From NCBI RefSeq assembly GCF_009914755.1, contig NC_060925.1: a DNA stretch of 64,000 nucleotides; one strand, given 5' to 3'. This document shows, piece by piece, positions 12,931-25,235 of this stretch. The notes under the pieces are model-generated. The model was given only the letters and a program-made list of their open reading frames with translations, searched no databases and was not told where the DNA came from. Positions within the stretch are counted from its first letter, which is position 1. Every line of letters begins with the position of its first letter. The position numbers and the translations under genes are program-made. The stretch is from the human T2T-CHM13v2.0 reference genome, Homo sapiens.

Positions 12931-13082
12931 TGGTCAGAGGTGCCCTTCTGCAGAGCCCTCTGAGTTACAGCGAGTCCCCTGCCCCTTCCTCTGCACAAGG
13001 AGGGCTGGTCAGAGGTACCCCTCTGGGGAGTCCTCTGAGTTACAGCGAGTCACCTGCCCCTTCCTCTGCACAAGGAGGGCTG
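12931..13082. repeat. Tandem duplication, 75-bp unit x2
   Basis: tggtcagagg...ctgagttacagcgagtc...tgccccttcctctgcacaaggagggc starts at 12931 and again at 13006, with a few substitutions. Confidence 0.95.
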
Positions 13083-15920
13083 TGTCTTCCTCTCACCTGA
13101 AGATCCTGTGCCTTTTGCTCTTCTCTGCACGACTCATGTGGGGCCTGGGATTCTCACTACACTCGATATGGGTGGGAGATGAACTTATAATCAGAAGGAC
13201 ACAGAGCTGGTCCCCGGGGCCAGAGGCTAGGAGTGACAGCTCAGGTGATGTGGGTTACACAGCTTTAGGCTCAGTCCTCATCTGGAGTCAGCCAAGAAAA
13301 TCGCATTTCACACACATGCACAGTTTTATGGCCTCTTTTGATGTTTCCTTGGTGGTTTTGAATATTTAAATTTATATTTTCAATAATTTATTTTTAACCC
13401 CTCAAGTAACTGAACCTGCCACGAGAAGATGCAGCCCCCAGGTGGGAAGGGGGCTCATGAGCTGACCCATCAGGCTGAGGCCTTGTGGGATCACCTGAGA
13501 GGCGTTTTGGAGTAATTTCCTCTCCATCTCTTTTTATTTTAAAAAATAAAAAATGTACTCTGTTAAAACAGTGACATAAGACAAATGGTACAGAATGCCA
13601 GCTGTGAGGATTCATTGATGGATGAATTTAACCCATGTTTATGGAGTGTCATGTCTTCGGTGCTGGGAAAAACAGAGAGGGTGACTTAGTCTCCCTCCTC
13701 AAGGGAGGAGCTCAGAGTCAGGGGACGGGGAGGCAGACCCCCGAGGGACTCCCAGAGCCCACCCTTGGAAAGGAGAGATGAGTTGGTGGTGGGGGGTGGG
13801 TGCCAGGAGCCTTGGGAGATGGGGCCTGCACTGCTGGGAAAGTACCGAAGCTTGTGATCTTTCAAAGGAGTTTTGACAGGTGACCAGACACAGATAGATG
13901 GTGTCTTTCCCTCCCAAAGCTATAGGGGCCATGAGAGCCGATCGTCTCATCTCTGGGTGGTTCCGCTGGGACACCCCTCAGAAGACTCTTGGTTATGAAC
14001 CCCAGTGTCAGCGTCCCCCGCACTCATGGTTCACTGGTTCTTCCCTAGACCATGACCTCTTCTCCTCCTGTCTGCATGGCATAGGGCCAGGCACTTCCCA
14101 CCTGCATGGCTTAGGGCCGGGCCCTTCTCTCGGGTGGGGAGGAAAGTGAGAGAGACCGAGCCCCTGGCCCTCTGCTCTTCTCCACCAGGCCTGAGATGGG
14201 GGTCTGGGCTCCTTTCTATGTGTTTGCAATCCAAGGTCCTTTTGGGAATTCACCTGTTTGGAAGATGAATCCTATCTCCAGTTTTGCCTTTGGGTTTCTC
14301 AGCTTGGAGACACATGTGCGCGGCGAGCTCCCGTCCCGGTTCCCCTGGGTCCTGCAGTGTGCACAGGAGCAGCCCTGGGATGGATCTTTCGAAGCACCTG
14401 CGTCGCAGCCAGAACAGGGTTTTTAAAAAATCAACTTTACAGGTATTTAAGCAGGGACTAGGGTGGATTTTATGGCCCTCCGTGTGGCAGGCAGCAGGCT
14501 TGGCTGATTCTCAGGGCGGCGGGGTGGCCCTTGCTGCAGTTCAGGTCACAGTCTGTTGCGGCTGCATTCCATTTTTCCCAGAGAAAAGGCCAAATGTCAG
14601 GGGCCTCCTAGGTGCCTGGGAAGATGTCCAGCTGCCCAATGGACTAGTCTGACCCCGACAGGCTGAGAGCCTGTCATCGGGCTGGAGGCATCCAGGTGAA
14701 GTGGTCCACGGAGCTGGCATTTCGTTTACACTTATGTGAGGCCTTTCTTTGAGCCTCTTAGACAGTTAGTCCTGACAACATCTGGGTTGAAATACAGATG
14801 AGGTTGTGGCATAGCAAGTCCCCTGGCCCAGATATAGTCACGGTTTGCTGTTGATCCAGTTAGGAGACCTCCGCTTTGGCCATACAGCCTTCCCTTCTGA
14901 GCTGGGATGGTCCACCAACTTTTGGAGCCACAGCTGGTAAGGAGACTTCCTATCTGAGGATGCCCCCTTCTCTGGACCCCCAGATCCTGACACCAAGCCA
15001 GGCCAGGCCAGGCCATTTTGGTGTTGCAGAATGTGTGGTGGGGAGTAAGAGCAAATTTCTGTTCCAGAGGCAGGGAGGGGACACAGAGCACAATCCTGGC
15101 TGATATTCCCTGGGGTAATGTCCAGGCAGGACGGAGACCGGCCCCTTCCTCTCTTTCCCCTCACACCAGATGGCTATGGCCCTGCCAGACATTGGGGCTG
15201 TGGGCTGCTCAGGACCCTTTCCCCAGCACCCCGCATCACGACGCATCTAGAATGTCCAGGACACGATTCTCCTGCGGACTCCGATGGCCACCCCCATTCC
15301 CCCTGGGGCTGAGAGAGTTCCTTGCCGTGCAGATTTGTTTTACACTCAGGATGTATTCCTTGGTCAGAGATGGGAGACGGTTTTCTCATTTCTGTCTCTT
15401 TTTAAGAGAAAAAGTGGAAAAAGACATCCAAGCACTTTGTTCGTGGACCACTTTCCTGCCTGTGGAGTCGTCACCTGGCATCCTTGCTTCTGGGCTGGTA
15501 GAAACCAGACGCAACTCATTGCTCTGAGTTGGTGCGACTGCTTGAAAGGCCGGGGCAGGTGCTGATGTAGTTTCTTGGTGCAGAGTGATGCCCAGTAGAT
15601 GTCCATGGAATGAATGAATAAGCAAAGAATGAACAAGTGATGTTTAATGAGTAGGGAGGAGGGGGTGCCTCTGTGGGGTGTTGGAGTTCCAGGCACAGAA
15701 TCCACTGAAGGCCGGGCTCCCCTTTGTCAGAGGTGACGTCTGGATGGGCAGATTTGCCAAAGTTCTAGGGTCTGAACATAGAGGCCAGGACTTATTAAAA
15801 TCTGCTCCTTTCCTTAAACTAGCACATTCTAGCTGTTATCCTGGTGCCATAGAAGGATGAAAAATATTTCTGAGAAATCAGACAACTTCCAGTGACTAAA
15901 GCTAGTCTAAAGAATGGTGT

Positions 15921-15972
15921 ACACACACACATACACACACACACATACACACACACACTCTCTCTCTCTCTT
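15921..15972. repeat. Interrupted (CA)n followed by (CT)n microsatellite
   Basis: Read directly from the sequence. Confidence 0.9.
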
Positions 15973-16380
15973 TCTTTCCTGTTGGGTGTTTTCAGGCCAT
16001 TTCTGTGGCTCTGTAGGCCAAATTCTAGACTCTAGTGAAAAACCCACAGACCTGAGTTCGTGGGCTGGCAAGCTACACGTTTGGCTCATCTGAGGTCCTG
16101 GAGGGTGCAACGTCTGGGCCACCATCCGGGTTCCTGGGCTCTCCTTTCCATCCTCACCAGGCTCCTTGGGATCCCCCAGTGCCTTCCTTTCCCATCCCAG
16201 GCTGCCGCTGCTCCTCTCATTCCCAGATGTTTCTATCTCTCTAGACAGGTTTGGGAGAAGGACTTCTTTGAAGTTCCTGCTTCCTTACTGACCTCAGAGA
16301 CTCAAGAATGGTTCATTAAAATAATTTTGTCAAGGAGGTGGTGGGTGGAAGAGGTGGGGGTAACAAATCTGGGGAAGTTA

Positions 16381-16797
<417 letters not shown>

Positions 16798-16849
16798 CTA
16801 TTTATGCCTGAAGCAATCAGGGAATCAGGTGTGTTGAAAATAGAATAGA

Positions 16850-17040
16850 AATGGTGGTATTTATTGAACTTTTTATTGTGTTGGGCACTTATGCTTAGTG
16901 CTTTAAAGATATAATAGGATCTAAATCTCACAAAATGCTGAGAATCAGATGCTGTTATTACCCTTGTTTAGAGAGGAGCAATCTAAGGCTCAGACCACAC
17001 GGCAGATGTGCTGAGGAACCCAGGTTTCAGCCCAAGTCAC
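16850..17040 (-). mobile_element. MIR
   Basis: tatttattgaac...tgtgttgggcact...aatctcacaaaat...ctaaggctcaga. Confidence 0.6.
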
Positions 17041-17205
17041 CAACCCCAGCCTGGGCAGCCGCCACAGCTGCCCCTAGACCAGGCCCCAGATCCCTTGGGA
17101 CTTCTGGCGTAACTTTTATGTGCATAACCTACAGGCCTGTGAGTCTTAAGTGGGTAATTTGCATGATGGGGACCTTAAGACTGGCAAAATCCTTTCCTAG
17201 GGGGT

Positions 17206-17610
17206 GGTATGAGTATGCTGTGGCTGCCATAACAAAGCACCACAAACAGGACGTAAACAGCAGAAACCAACTGACTCACAGCCCTGGAGCCCAGAAGTCT
17301 AAGCTCAAGACATCAATAGGGTTGGGCTCTCCCGAGGCCTCTCTCCTTGGCCTGCAGACGGTGTCTTCTTGCCCTGTCCTCACATGGCGTTTCCGCTGTG
17401 CACACGGCTCCCTGATGTCTCTCTGTGTCCTCATCTCCTCTTCTTGTGAGGACACCAGTCATATTGGATCAGGGCCCACACTGATAGCCTCATTTTAACT
17501 TAGTCACCTCTTTAAAGACTGCCGTCTCCAAATCCAGTCACATGCCGAGATGCTGGGAGTTAGGGCTTCAACATACACATTTTGCGGGGGACACAGTTCA
17601 GTCTGTGACA
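17206..17610 (-). mobile_element. MLT1A-like MaLR LTR
   Basis: ggctgccataacaaagcaccacaaac...gaggacaccagtcatattggatcagggcccac...gttagggcttcaacata...gacacagttcagtc. Confidence 0.85.
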
Positions 17611-18988
17611 GTTCAGTCATTTGCTTCACATAGGCGGGGTCCCCTTAGGGTGGTTGCTTTTCTGCCTGTACACGTGTCTTAGACCCCTTGGGAAAAGCAC
17701 AAGCCCAGAGCTGCCAGTGCAGGCGCCCCTGAGGTGCTCACGGCCCTGCGGCTTCCTGTCCCTTGACTTTTTGCCCCACCTGGAGCAGCAGACATTCTCT
17801 TCCGATTGCGGAAAGTTTTGAGGCCTCTTGTATAACATAAGACAAGGCTTCTGCATTGAAATTGTTCAAGAATTGGGTTCCAATTTCCCAGGAGCACGGA
17901 AAGCGTTGCCAGGAAAGCAGAGTTGCTGGCGATTTATGTCGGTTTTTCTGACATAACGAAGATTTCCCTTTGTTTTTTTGGAACCGACTGGAGCGTGCTT
18001 GCCAAAAGAGCGGCCTCAGGAGGAGCAGATCATTTTCTCTTGTTCTTCCTCCTTCTTTTTTTATTCCCTCTCAATTTATTTTCAGGTCAGAGCTTCATGA
18101 GGTCGCTGAAGCTGTGAAATCTGACAGACTCACCATCTGAGCAAACAGACTGTCCAGGAACAGGTTTTATTTGGCTCGCTGAGGAGATGTGACAGTCTGG
18201 GAAAATCCTCGGTCTCTGTATTTTGTCTTTGCCCAAAAGAGTTTGGTTCGGTTTGACAAATGTTAACCAAGCTCCCCCCTCCACGCCAGGGGCGATGCCA
18301 GGCACTGAGACCCGGTCCTGCCCGGAGCAGAGCAGAGCCGCTCACCCTTGAGGGGTGCCCTGTACAACTCCACAAATACGTGTCCACCGTCCTGCTGGTC
18401 ACCAGCGCGCACAGTTGCTAATCCGTTGAAATACCTCTGTGGCTGCTGGCGAGCGGGTGTCACCCGAGCTTCCAGTGCCCATGCTGCGCTGGCCTGCATC
18501 ATTCTGAGTAGCGGCGTCTGTGCCAGACCAGTTGTTAAACATTCTGAATGTCACACCTGGTGGAGGGTGTGTGGATGAGAGGGGCTCGGTTGAGTACCAA
18601 GTGTTGGGGAAGGCCTTTTGGAGGAGGTCAAGACCAGGCCAGATTTTGAGCAGGAGCTCAGCAGACAGGCCAGGGAGGAACAGGCAGATATTCACTGTCA
18701 GCGGCGGAAACCAGCTGTGCAAAGGCCCTGAGGCAGGGAGAGCAGGGTGGGTTTGGTGGGGTGGTGGCGGCAGAGGAGGGGGTGGGGTGGCGGGGAGAGG
18801 GGGCAGTGCCAGGGTGGAGAGAGAGGCTGGAGTAGGGGCAGTGGCAGCAGAGCAGGGGGTGGCGCTGGCAGAGGAGGGAGCTGGGAAGAAGAGCAGGACT
18901 CCCTTGGGGCTGGTGTTTGGTGCCAAAGGCCATGAAGAGTGAGCAGAGGGCTTTAATTTGACGGTGTATGAGGTCCTATTATATTAAA

Positions 18989-19281
<293 letters not shown>

Positions 19282-19715
19282 GGTCCCATTATATTTTTAA
19301 AGTATATATATTGATTTATATTCCACCTTTGTCTAGAATGGGTTTAGATTCCTGAGACATAGATAATATTGTGTCATGAGTTATATATTTAGGGTAAATT
19401 ATAAGGAAACATAGATTACAGTCAGCTAATGTAAAAGTTTTTAGTGTAAAAAGTGAGGAAGAAGAAGATAGAATGAGGCAGGATCAAAACACAGAATGAG
19501 TGACAGGGAATGGGCTGCCCAGCCCGGGGGTGAGTCTCGAGCGGCCGGTGCCAAGAAGGTTGCACAATGGCTGGGCGCCGGGGAGAGGTGTGGAGAAAGG
19601 GGCTGAGGGCTTACACGGACAGGCACAGGCTCCACCGAGCAGCCGCGCTAAGGAGCTGTGGGGTGGGGAGCCGTGGGCCCGGGTGTGGGGGCTGCAGAAG
19701 ACGGAGGGTTGCAGG

Positions 19716-20142
19716 GCGTTCGTTTACTGCGTCTGCCTCAGCCATGAAGTCCCATAAATTGGGTGGCTTTACCCAACAGAAATGCACCCTCTCATAGTTC
19801 CCGAGGCCCGACCTCCAAGTCCAGGTACCGGCAGGGCCAGGCTTCCGCTGGGGCTCCAGGCGGATCCTTCCTCGCCCCTCCTAGCGTCTGCTATTCACTG
19901 CCTGCAGCTGCTTCACTCCCGTCCCTGCTCCATCTTCACGCGGCCTCCCCCAACCTGTGCGTCTCTGTTTTCACGTGGCCTTCTTGCAGAGACGTCAATC
20001 ACATTGGATTGGGGCCCATCCTACTCCGTTATGACTTCATCTTAACTAGATGACATCGCAAAGCTCCTATTTCCAAATAAGGGCACATGCGTGGGTACAG
20101 GGGTTAGGACTTCAACATATCTTTTTGGGGAACACGGATTCA
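19716..20142 (-). mobile_element. MLT1B/C-like MaLR LTR, unusually CpG-rich
   Basis: cataaattgggtggcttt...caacagaaatg...cattggattggggcccatcctactcc...ctatttccaaataag...ggttaggacttcaacatatcttttt. Confidence 0.8.
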
Positions 20143-20339
20143 TTTTTCTCACTTCCCTAACAAAATATAAACTGCAGGAGGCAGAAAACGTCGCCGACTT
20201 ACTCACCATTGTGTTCCCAGCATCTCTGGCAGGATGCTAATCGGATAACCAGTGCCCGAAAAAATGTGGTTGTTGAATTTGCTCCCACTTTCTTCACCCC
20301 CTAACAGCAGGTCAAATCCGGCCTAGAATTCCTAGTGGA

Positions 20340-20532
20340 AAGACAGGGACGACTCTTCCGCAACACCTCTCAGACCCGTCAGTGTGCTGAGGCGCAGCTT
20401 CCCAGAGGGAGGTGTCATCTGCAGCGCTTTGCTTACCCGTTTGACCACGACACCACCGCACCTCCCTGCCCTTTATCTTAGCAGGGCATCTCTGGAGAGA
20501 ATGTTCCACGGAGCACACCTCGGGAAACACTA
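20340..20532. mobile_element. hAT-Charlie DNA transposon relic (Charlie4z-like)
   Basis: tttgaccacga...gcatctc...tgttccacggagcacacctcgggaaacactag terminus. Confidence 0.5.
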
Positions 20533-20936
20533 GTTTAGCTGCATTGCAGATTGGAGGCAGGGGCAGACTACCTTCTAGACAGAACTTTCCAACTCTTGAA
20601 AGATTTCTTCTGAAGAATTATGGCTATATCTCCTCCCCTGTAGCCTCCCCTGCTCTGCCCTCTGCTTTTGGTCTTAAAGCTATTTTAGATCTGAAATACC
20701 TTCCCTGGACCTACCATTTGCATTTGGACTTAGATTATTAGACATTTTCTTCTTATAAAAATCAGCAAGTTGTACCTACAAAGTGGGAGCAAATTCCACA
20801 ACCACACTTTTTCAGGCACTGGTTGTGCGATTAGCATCCTGCCAGGGATGCTGGGAACACAGTGGTGAATAAGTTGGGGACATTTTCTGCCTCCTGAAGT
20901 TCATATTTTGTTGGGGGAGAGAGAAAAATAAATTCA

Positions 20937-21518
20937 TGTACTAGTCTGCTCAGGCTGCTGTAACAAAATACCATAGACTGGGTGGCTTTAACAGAAGACA
21001 TTGATTTCTAACAGTTCTGGAGGCTGGGAAGTCCAAGATTAAGGCACTGGCAGATTCGATTCCTGATGATGGCTCTGGCCTGGCTGCCAGGTGGCTGCCT
21101 TCTCATATGGTGGGAGCCTTTGCCTTCACCTTCTCCTCCTCCTCCTCCTGCTTCTTCTCCTCCTTCTCTCCTTCCCTCCTCCTCCTTCTTCTTCTCCTCC
21201 TCCTCCTTCTCTTCTTCCCTCCTCCTCCTCTTCCTTCTTCTTCTCCTCCTCCTCCTCTTCTTTCTCCCCTTTCCTCCTGCTCCTCCTCCTGCTCCTTCCT
21301 CTTGTTCTTGTTCTTTTCTTCCTCTTGTTCTCTCTCTCTCACTCTCTCCTTCCCTCCCTCTCTCCTTATGAAGCCATTAATATAATCATGAGGACACCTA
21401 CCTTCATGACTTGTCTCATATTAATTAGCTTCTGAAGATCTCACCTCCAAATACCATAGCATTGGGGGTTGGGGCTTCAACCTATTAATTTTGGGGAAAT
21501 ACAATTCAGTCCATAGCA
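20937..21518 (-). mobile_element. MaLR LTR (MLT1A0/MSTD-like) containing an internal (CCT/CTT)n expansion
   Basis: tgtactagtctgctcaggctgctgtaacaaaataccatagactgggtggc ... caattcagtccatagca. Confidence 0.85.
21125..21368. repeat. Polypyrimidine (CCT/CTT/CT) low-complexity tract
   Basis: About 240 nt that is almost purely C/T. Confidence 0.95.
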
Positions 21519-21519
21519 G

Positions 21520-22700
21520 TCAGTAAATAGATAAAGCGAATTTCCCTGGTGGGAAGTGCTGCAGAGGAAGAAGTGCTGGGAGGAGGGTGATGGTTGGGGA
21601 GGGAGGGGGTAGTCCCTGAGGAGGCAGCAGTTTAAGCTGAGATGGGAAGGAAGAGAGGAAGGTGGCCAGTGGAGGGCCAGGAAAGGAGGATTTTGGGTGA
21701 AGAGAACGGCTACAGCAAACAGATGGGAAAGACTGAAGCATGTCCCGGGACTGAAGGAAGTGGGGGCTGGAGTCCAGAGATTGCAGAGCATGCTGGTACT
21801 GGAGGGTGGGGGAGGTGGCAGGAGTCCCATTCGGGGCATGGTGGGGGCTGTAGGAGGACAGAGGAGTCCATGGATGTATTCTGAGGTCCTGTTGGTCTAG
21901 GAGCTGGTTGGGTGACTCCTGCTGCCATCCAGGCAAGACATGGCAGCCACTTAGATGAGGATCTGGGAGGGGAGAAGAAGAGAAGAGGACAGCTTGGGGA
22001 TGTCCCTCAGAGTTAGAACCAACAGAGTTTGTAGGTTTTCAGCTTCAGTACCTAGGTCACCAGCAGTGTCATCTACCGAGAAGGCAAAGCCTGGGGAAAA
22101 ACAGGTTTGAGGAGGCAAATAAAAAAATCTCTGTTGCACACGTTACATGTGGGATGCTCTTTATACAGCCAAATGGGGAGGCCACATAGGCTAGCAGATC
22201 CTGGGCCAGGAGCTCCCAGAAGGACCTAGGCTTGAGACCTGAGTTTGTAAGTCATCAACAACATCTGGCAGGGCTCAGGCACTTAGAGGGCAGGGGAAGG
22301 AGGAGGAGATGGTGATGGGGCAGAGGAGAAGGGGGAACCAGTTGTTGCAGGAAGATGGACAGCCCATGAGGTTTCCCAGAGGGCCTGGCCACTGAGAAGC
22401 TGAGATAAGAGAATGGCGTCATTGGATTTGGTGACCTAGAGGTTCAGAGTGGCCAGCGGGAAGTTTTGTAGTGAATATAGAGGAGACGAAAAAGAATGGG
22501 GATGGGAATGGAGGAAGGAGAGAGGGCTGGAGGAAGAAAGGAAGAGAAACTAATTTTGACTGGGCAACTATGCAGAAGAAAGCCCGCTTTAGGAGTGAGG
22601 TCCTGGAGGAGGGGACAGGAGATGGGATCCAGGGCGCAGCTGGAGGGATTCTACCTGGAGCAGGTGGGGGTGCTTATTTCATGGCCATAGGAGGGAAGAG
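21520..22700 (-). mobile_element. Degraded L2 fragments
   Basis: Purine-rich L2-antisense pattern (aggaggcagcagtttaagctgaga..., ttggatttggtgacctagagg...). Confidence 0.55.
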
Positions 22701-24744
22701 AGAGGAGACAGCTGCACCTTGTTGTTGGAGTCCATGTCAGCTGATTGGAAGAATCCAGAAAAGGGAGATGGGTCCGTGGATAGGTGGAAGCCCTAGGTCA
22801 AAATATCTGACTGCAGAAAAGACCAGTCAGGGAAATAATGATTTTTCTTTCAACCTGGTAAAATAGTTTTCTTCTGTCAAAGAGCAAGTGGCCTTTAAGG
22901 CATGTTTATCTATTCCCTTACATTGTGAAAGAGTAAAGCAGTCTTAAGACTGGGTGTGAAATGGAGAAGAACGCAGCACTGGCTTAAACTTGACTGTGCC
23001 ATTGGCGCTTGCTGGCAGCAGCTGAGCCTCAGGCACCCTGAGCAAGCACAAGGCGGAGAAATGAGACCTGCTGGTGCTTACACCAGAACTGACTGGCAAC
23101 TGGGAGGGGCTGAGCCTGGGATCTGGGGCCACTTGAGCTTGACCTCATACCTGTTTATGTCCTAATTGCTTGCTTCCAGTTCAGCCCCTCTTCTCTGAGA
23201 CCATCCTCTCCGAGGGGTCTTTTCTCTCTGGCCCTTTGATGCTCTACAAATCGTCTCCTTTCTAGTGGTTCCCTCTTCTTCTCCCAGGGCAACAGCATCA
23301 CAGGGGCATCCCTGGCTCCTGGGGCTGTAGCTGTTGGCCTTGGCCCATGCTTAGGGCCTTCCCACCCTCAGTGTCTCATCTCAGGTGGGCTGGCTATGCA
23401 CCACCCCGGGATCTACAGTGTGGGACAAGGCACACACACTTTTGATTGATAAACAGGGTGTGTCATTTAAAGAAGTTGAGACAGATTTTTCTGGTCCCTG
23501 GTCAACACTGACTTAGAAAGATCTAAGAAAATCTATAGATCAGATTTTACTGCTTTCAAGATAAACGTGCTTACATTTTCGACACAGAGCATCAGTAACC
23601 TCTGAAAATGAAATGCTTCCCCTGTTTCCCATGTTCTGGATGGATTTGGTAGAACTTGCATCAGGCTGCAAAGTGCACGAAGTTGAAGCTGACTCCTTGC
23701 TTAAAGAGAAAACCTTAAATATTAAATGTCCATTTGTCTGTTAAGTAAACAGTTGCATTCTTTCAGAAGTCCTGATGCTAACAACATCTGCGACACGGGA
23801 CGGTCAGCTTCCCAAATGGCTGTGTTAGCCCCATGTTCAGGGCCTGGACTTTTCCTGAATAATAGGTAAAGCCAAGGGAAGGAAAGTTTTACTTCCTTTC
23901 TGGGCTAAATTGTCATCTGGGAAGCATCATAGGCTCAGTTTAGAGGAACATGGCATTGTCCTTTACCCAGGTGACTGTATTTGCTATTTTACATTGGCTT
24001 GATTAGATCAAGGCAGGACATTTGTTATCGCTGACTCTCAGCCTGGAAGCAGCATCTAATTTGTAAGCAGTTGACTCCTGCTGGATGGGCACATAAACTG
24101 GGTGTCATGTTATTAAGATGTGGTGAAAGGTAGACACCTTCCCTGTGCTTGGAATGCCCCAGTCCCCACACGGGGCACCCCCTTACCCATAGCACTGTCT
24201 CATCAGAAGTTGGCTGGAGTGTTGGGAATTGGAAGGGCAGGGAGGTTGTTGGTAGGGCTGGTAAATCTATGGCATGGAAAAGGTGGAAGAGTTATCTCTG
24301 CTTCCTAGGGACGAAGGCCTCTCCCGGGGCTGGGAAGTTCCTGTCCCTTGTACTCAGGGTCTCTCTTCCCTGGACAGTGCTAGACAAATAGGACTCCTTT
24401 AACTCCTTAGGAAGTTCCCTGTCTTTAAGCATTGTCTTTCTTTAAACAGGCTTCAATGCAACCAATTAGGTTCTTACTTGCTGAATTCTTCTTCTTCTTC
24501 TTCTGCTTCTCTGAGATCTGAGGGGGATTTGAATGATCTTGACTCTGTTCCCAACCAGCCTCTTGGTTTAATTCCAGGATTCATTCATTCAACAAATATT
24601 TGAGTATCTGCTGCATGCTGGGAACCATGTTCCTTGCAAGGCATACGGCAAAGAACAAGGTAGATAAGTTCCTCGCATTTATTGTGTGTCTATTTGTCTA
24701 TTTTAACCCAGAACATCTTCTGAGAGGATCAGTTTTACCAGGCA

Positions 24745-25235
24745 AGGGCAACTTTTGATGGTTTCCCCAATAGCATTCCCGTCTTATTTCTTGCCGACAG
24801 GACCTTGACTGTGTTCAGGTGTCAGTGGCCAAATTCTTGGGGAGATGCCAGGGCCCTCTCCAGTCCCAGGGGATAAACCTAGATCCGTCTAAGCCCATCA
24901 TGGTCAGTGATTGGTTTAGGGGCGGCCTGTAACTCAGTTATTGCCAGTGAGATGGCTAGGCACTTCTAGGACAATTTCCTGGCTCTTAAAAAAGGGTGTA
25001 TGATTTCTGTCTTCTGGACTTTGGAAAATGTGATGGTTATGGGAGGCCGCTATGGTCACCTTACAGCCATGTGGGTCCAGCCCAAGGTCATAGCATGGTT
25101 GAGCCGAGAGAAGGAACCCAGCTGACATCAACCCTACCTCCAGACTTCTTGTGACATGAGATGGTACATTTTCCTTCTTCTTTAAGGTAATTTAGGTTGG
25201 ATTTTCTGTAATTTTGCAGCCCAAAATATCCTACT
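24745..25235 (+). mobile_element. LTR16-like ERVL LTR
   Basis: cagtgattggtttagggg...cctacctccagacttcttgtgacatgaga...ttctgtaattttgcagcccaaaatatccta. Confidence 0.65.

Noticed and set aside
12635-13369. 244-aa ORF with an internal repeat
   Set aside because: The repeat comes from the 75-bp DNA duplication; non-ATG start and no recognisable homology.
18124-18137. Perfect minus-strand donor ATG|GTGAGT
   Set aside because: No matching acceptor or other evidence of an antisense exon; a single 9-mer is expected by chance.
21066-21435. Poly-Leu/Ser/Glu ORFs resembling membrane or acidic proteins
   Set aside because: Translations of the CCT/CTT tract within an LTR.
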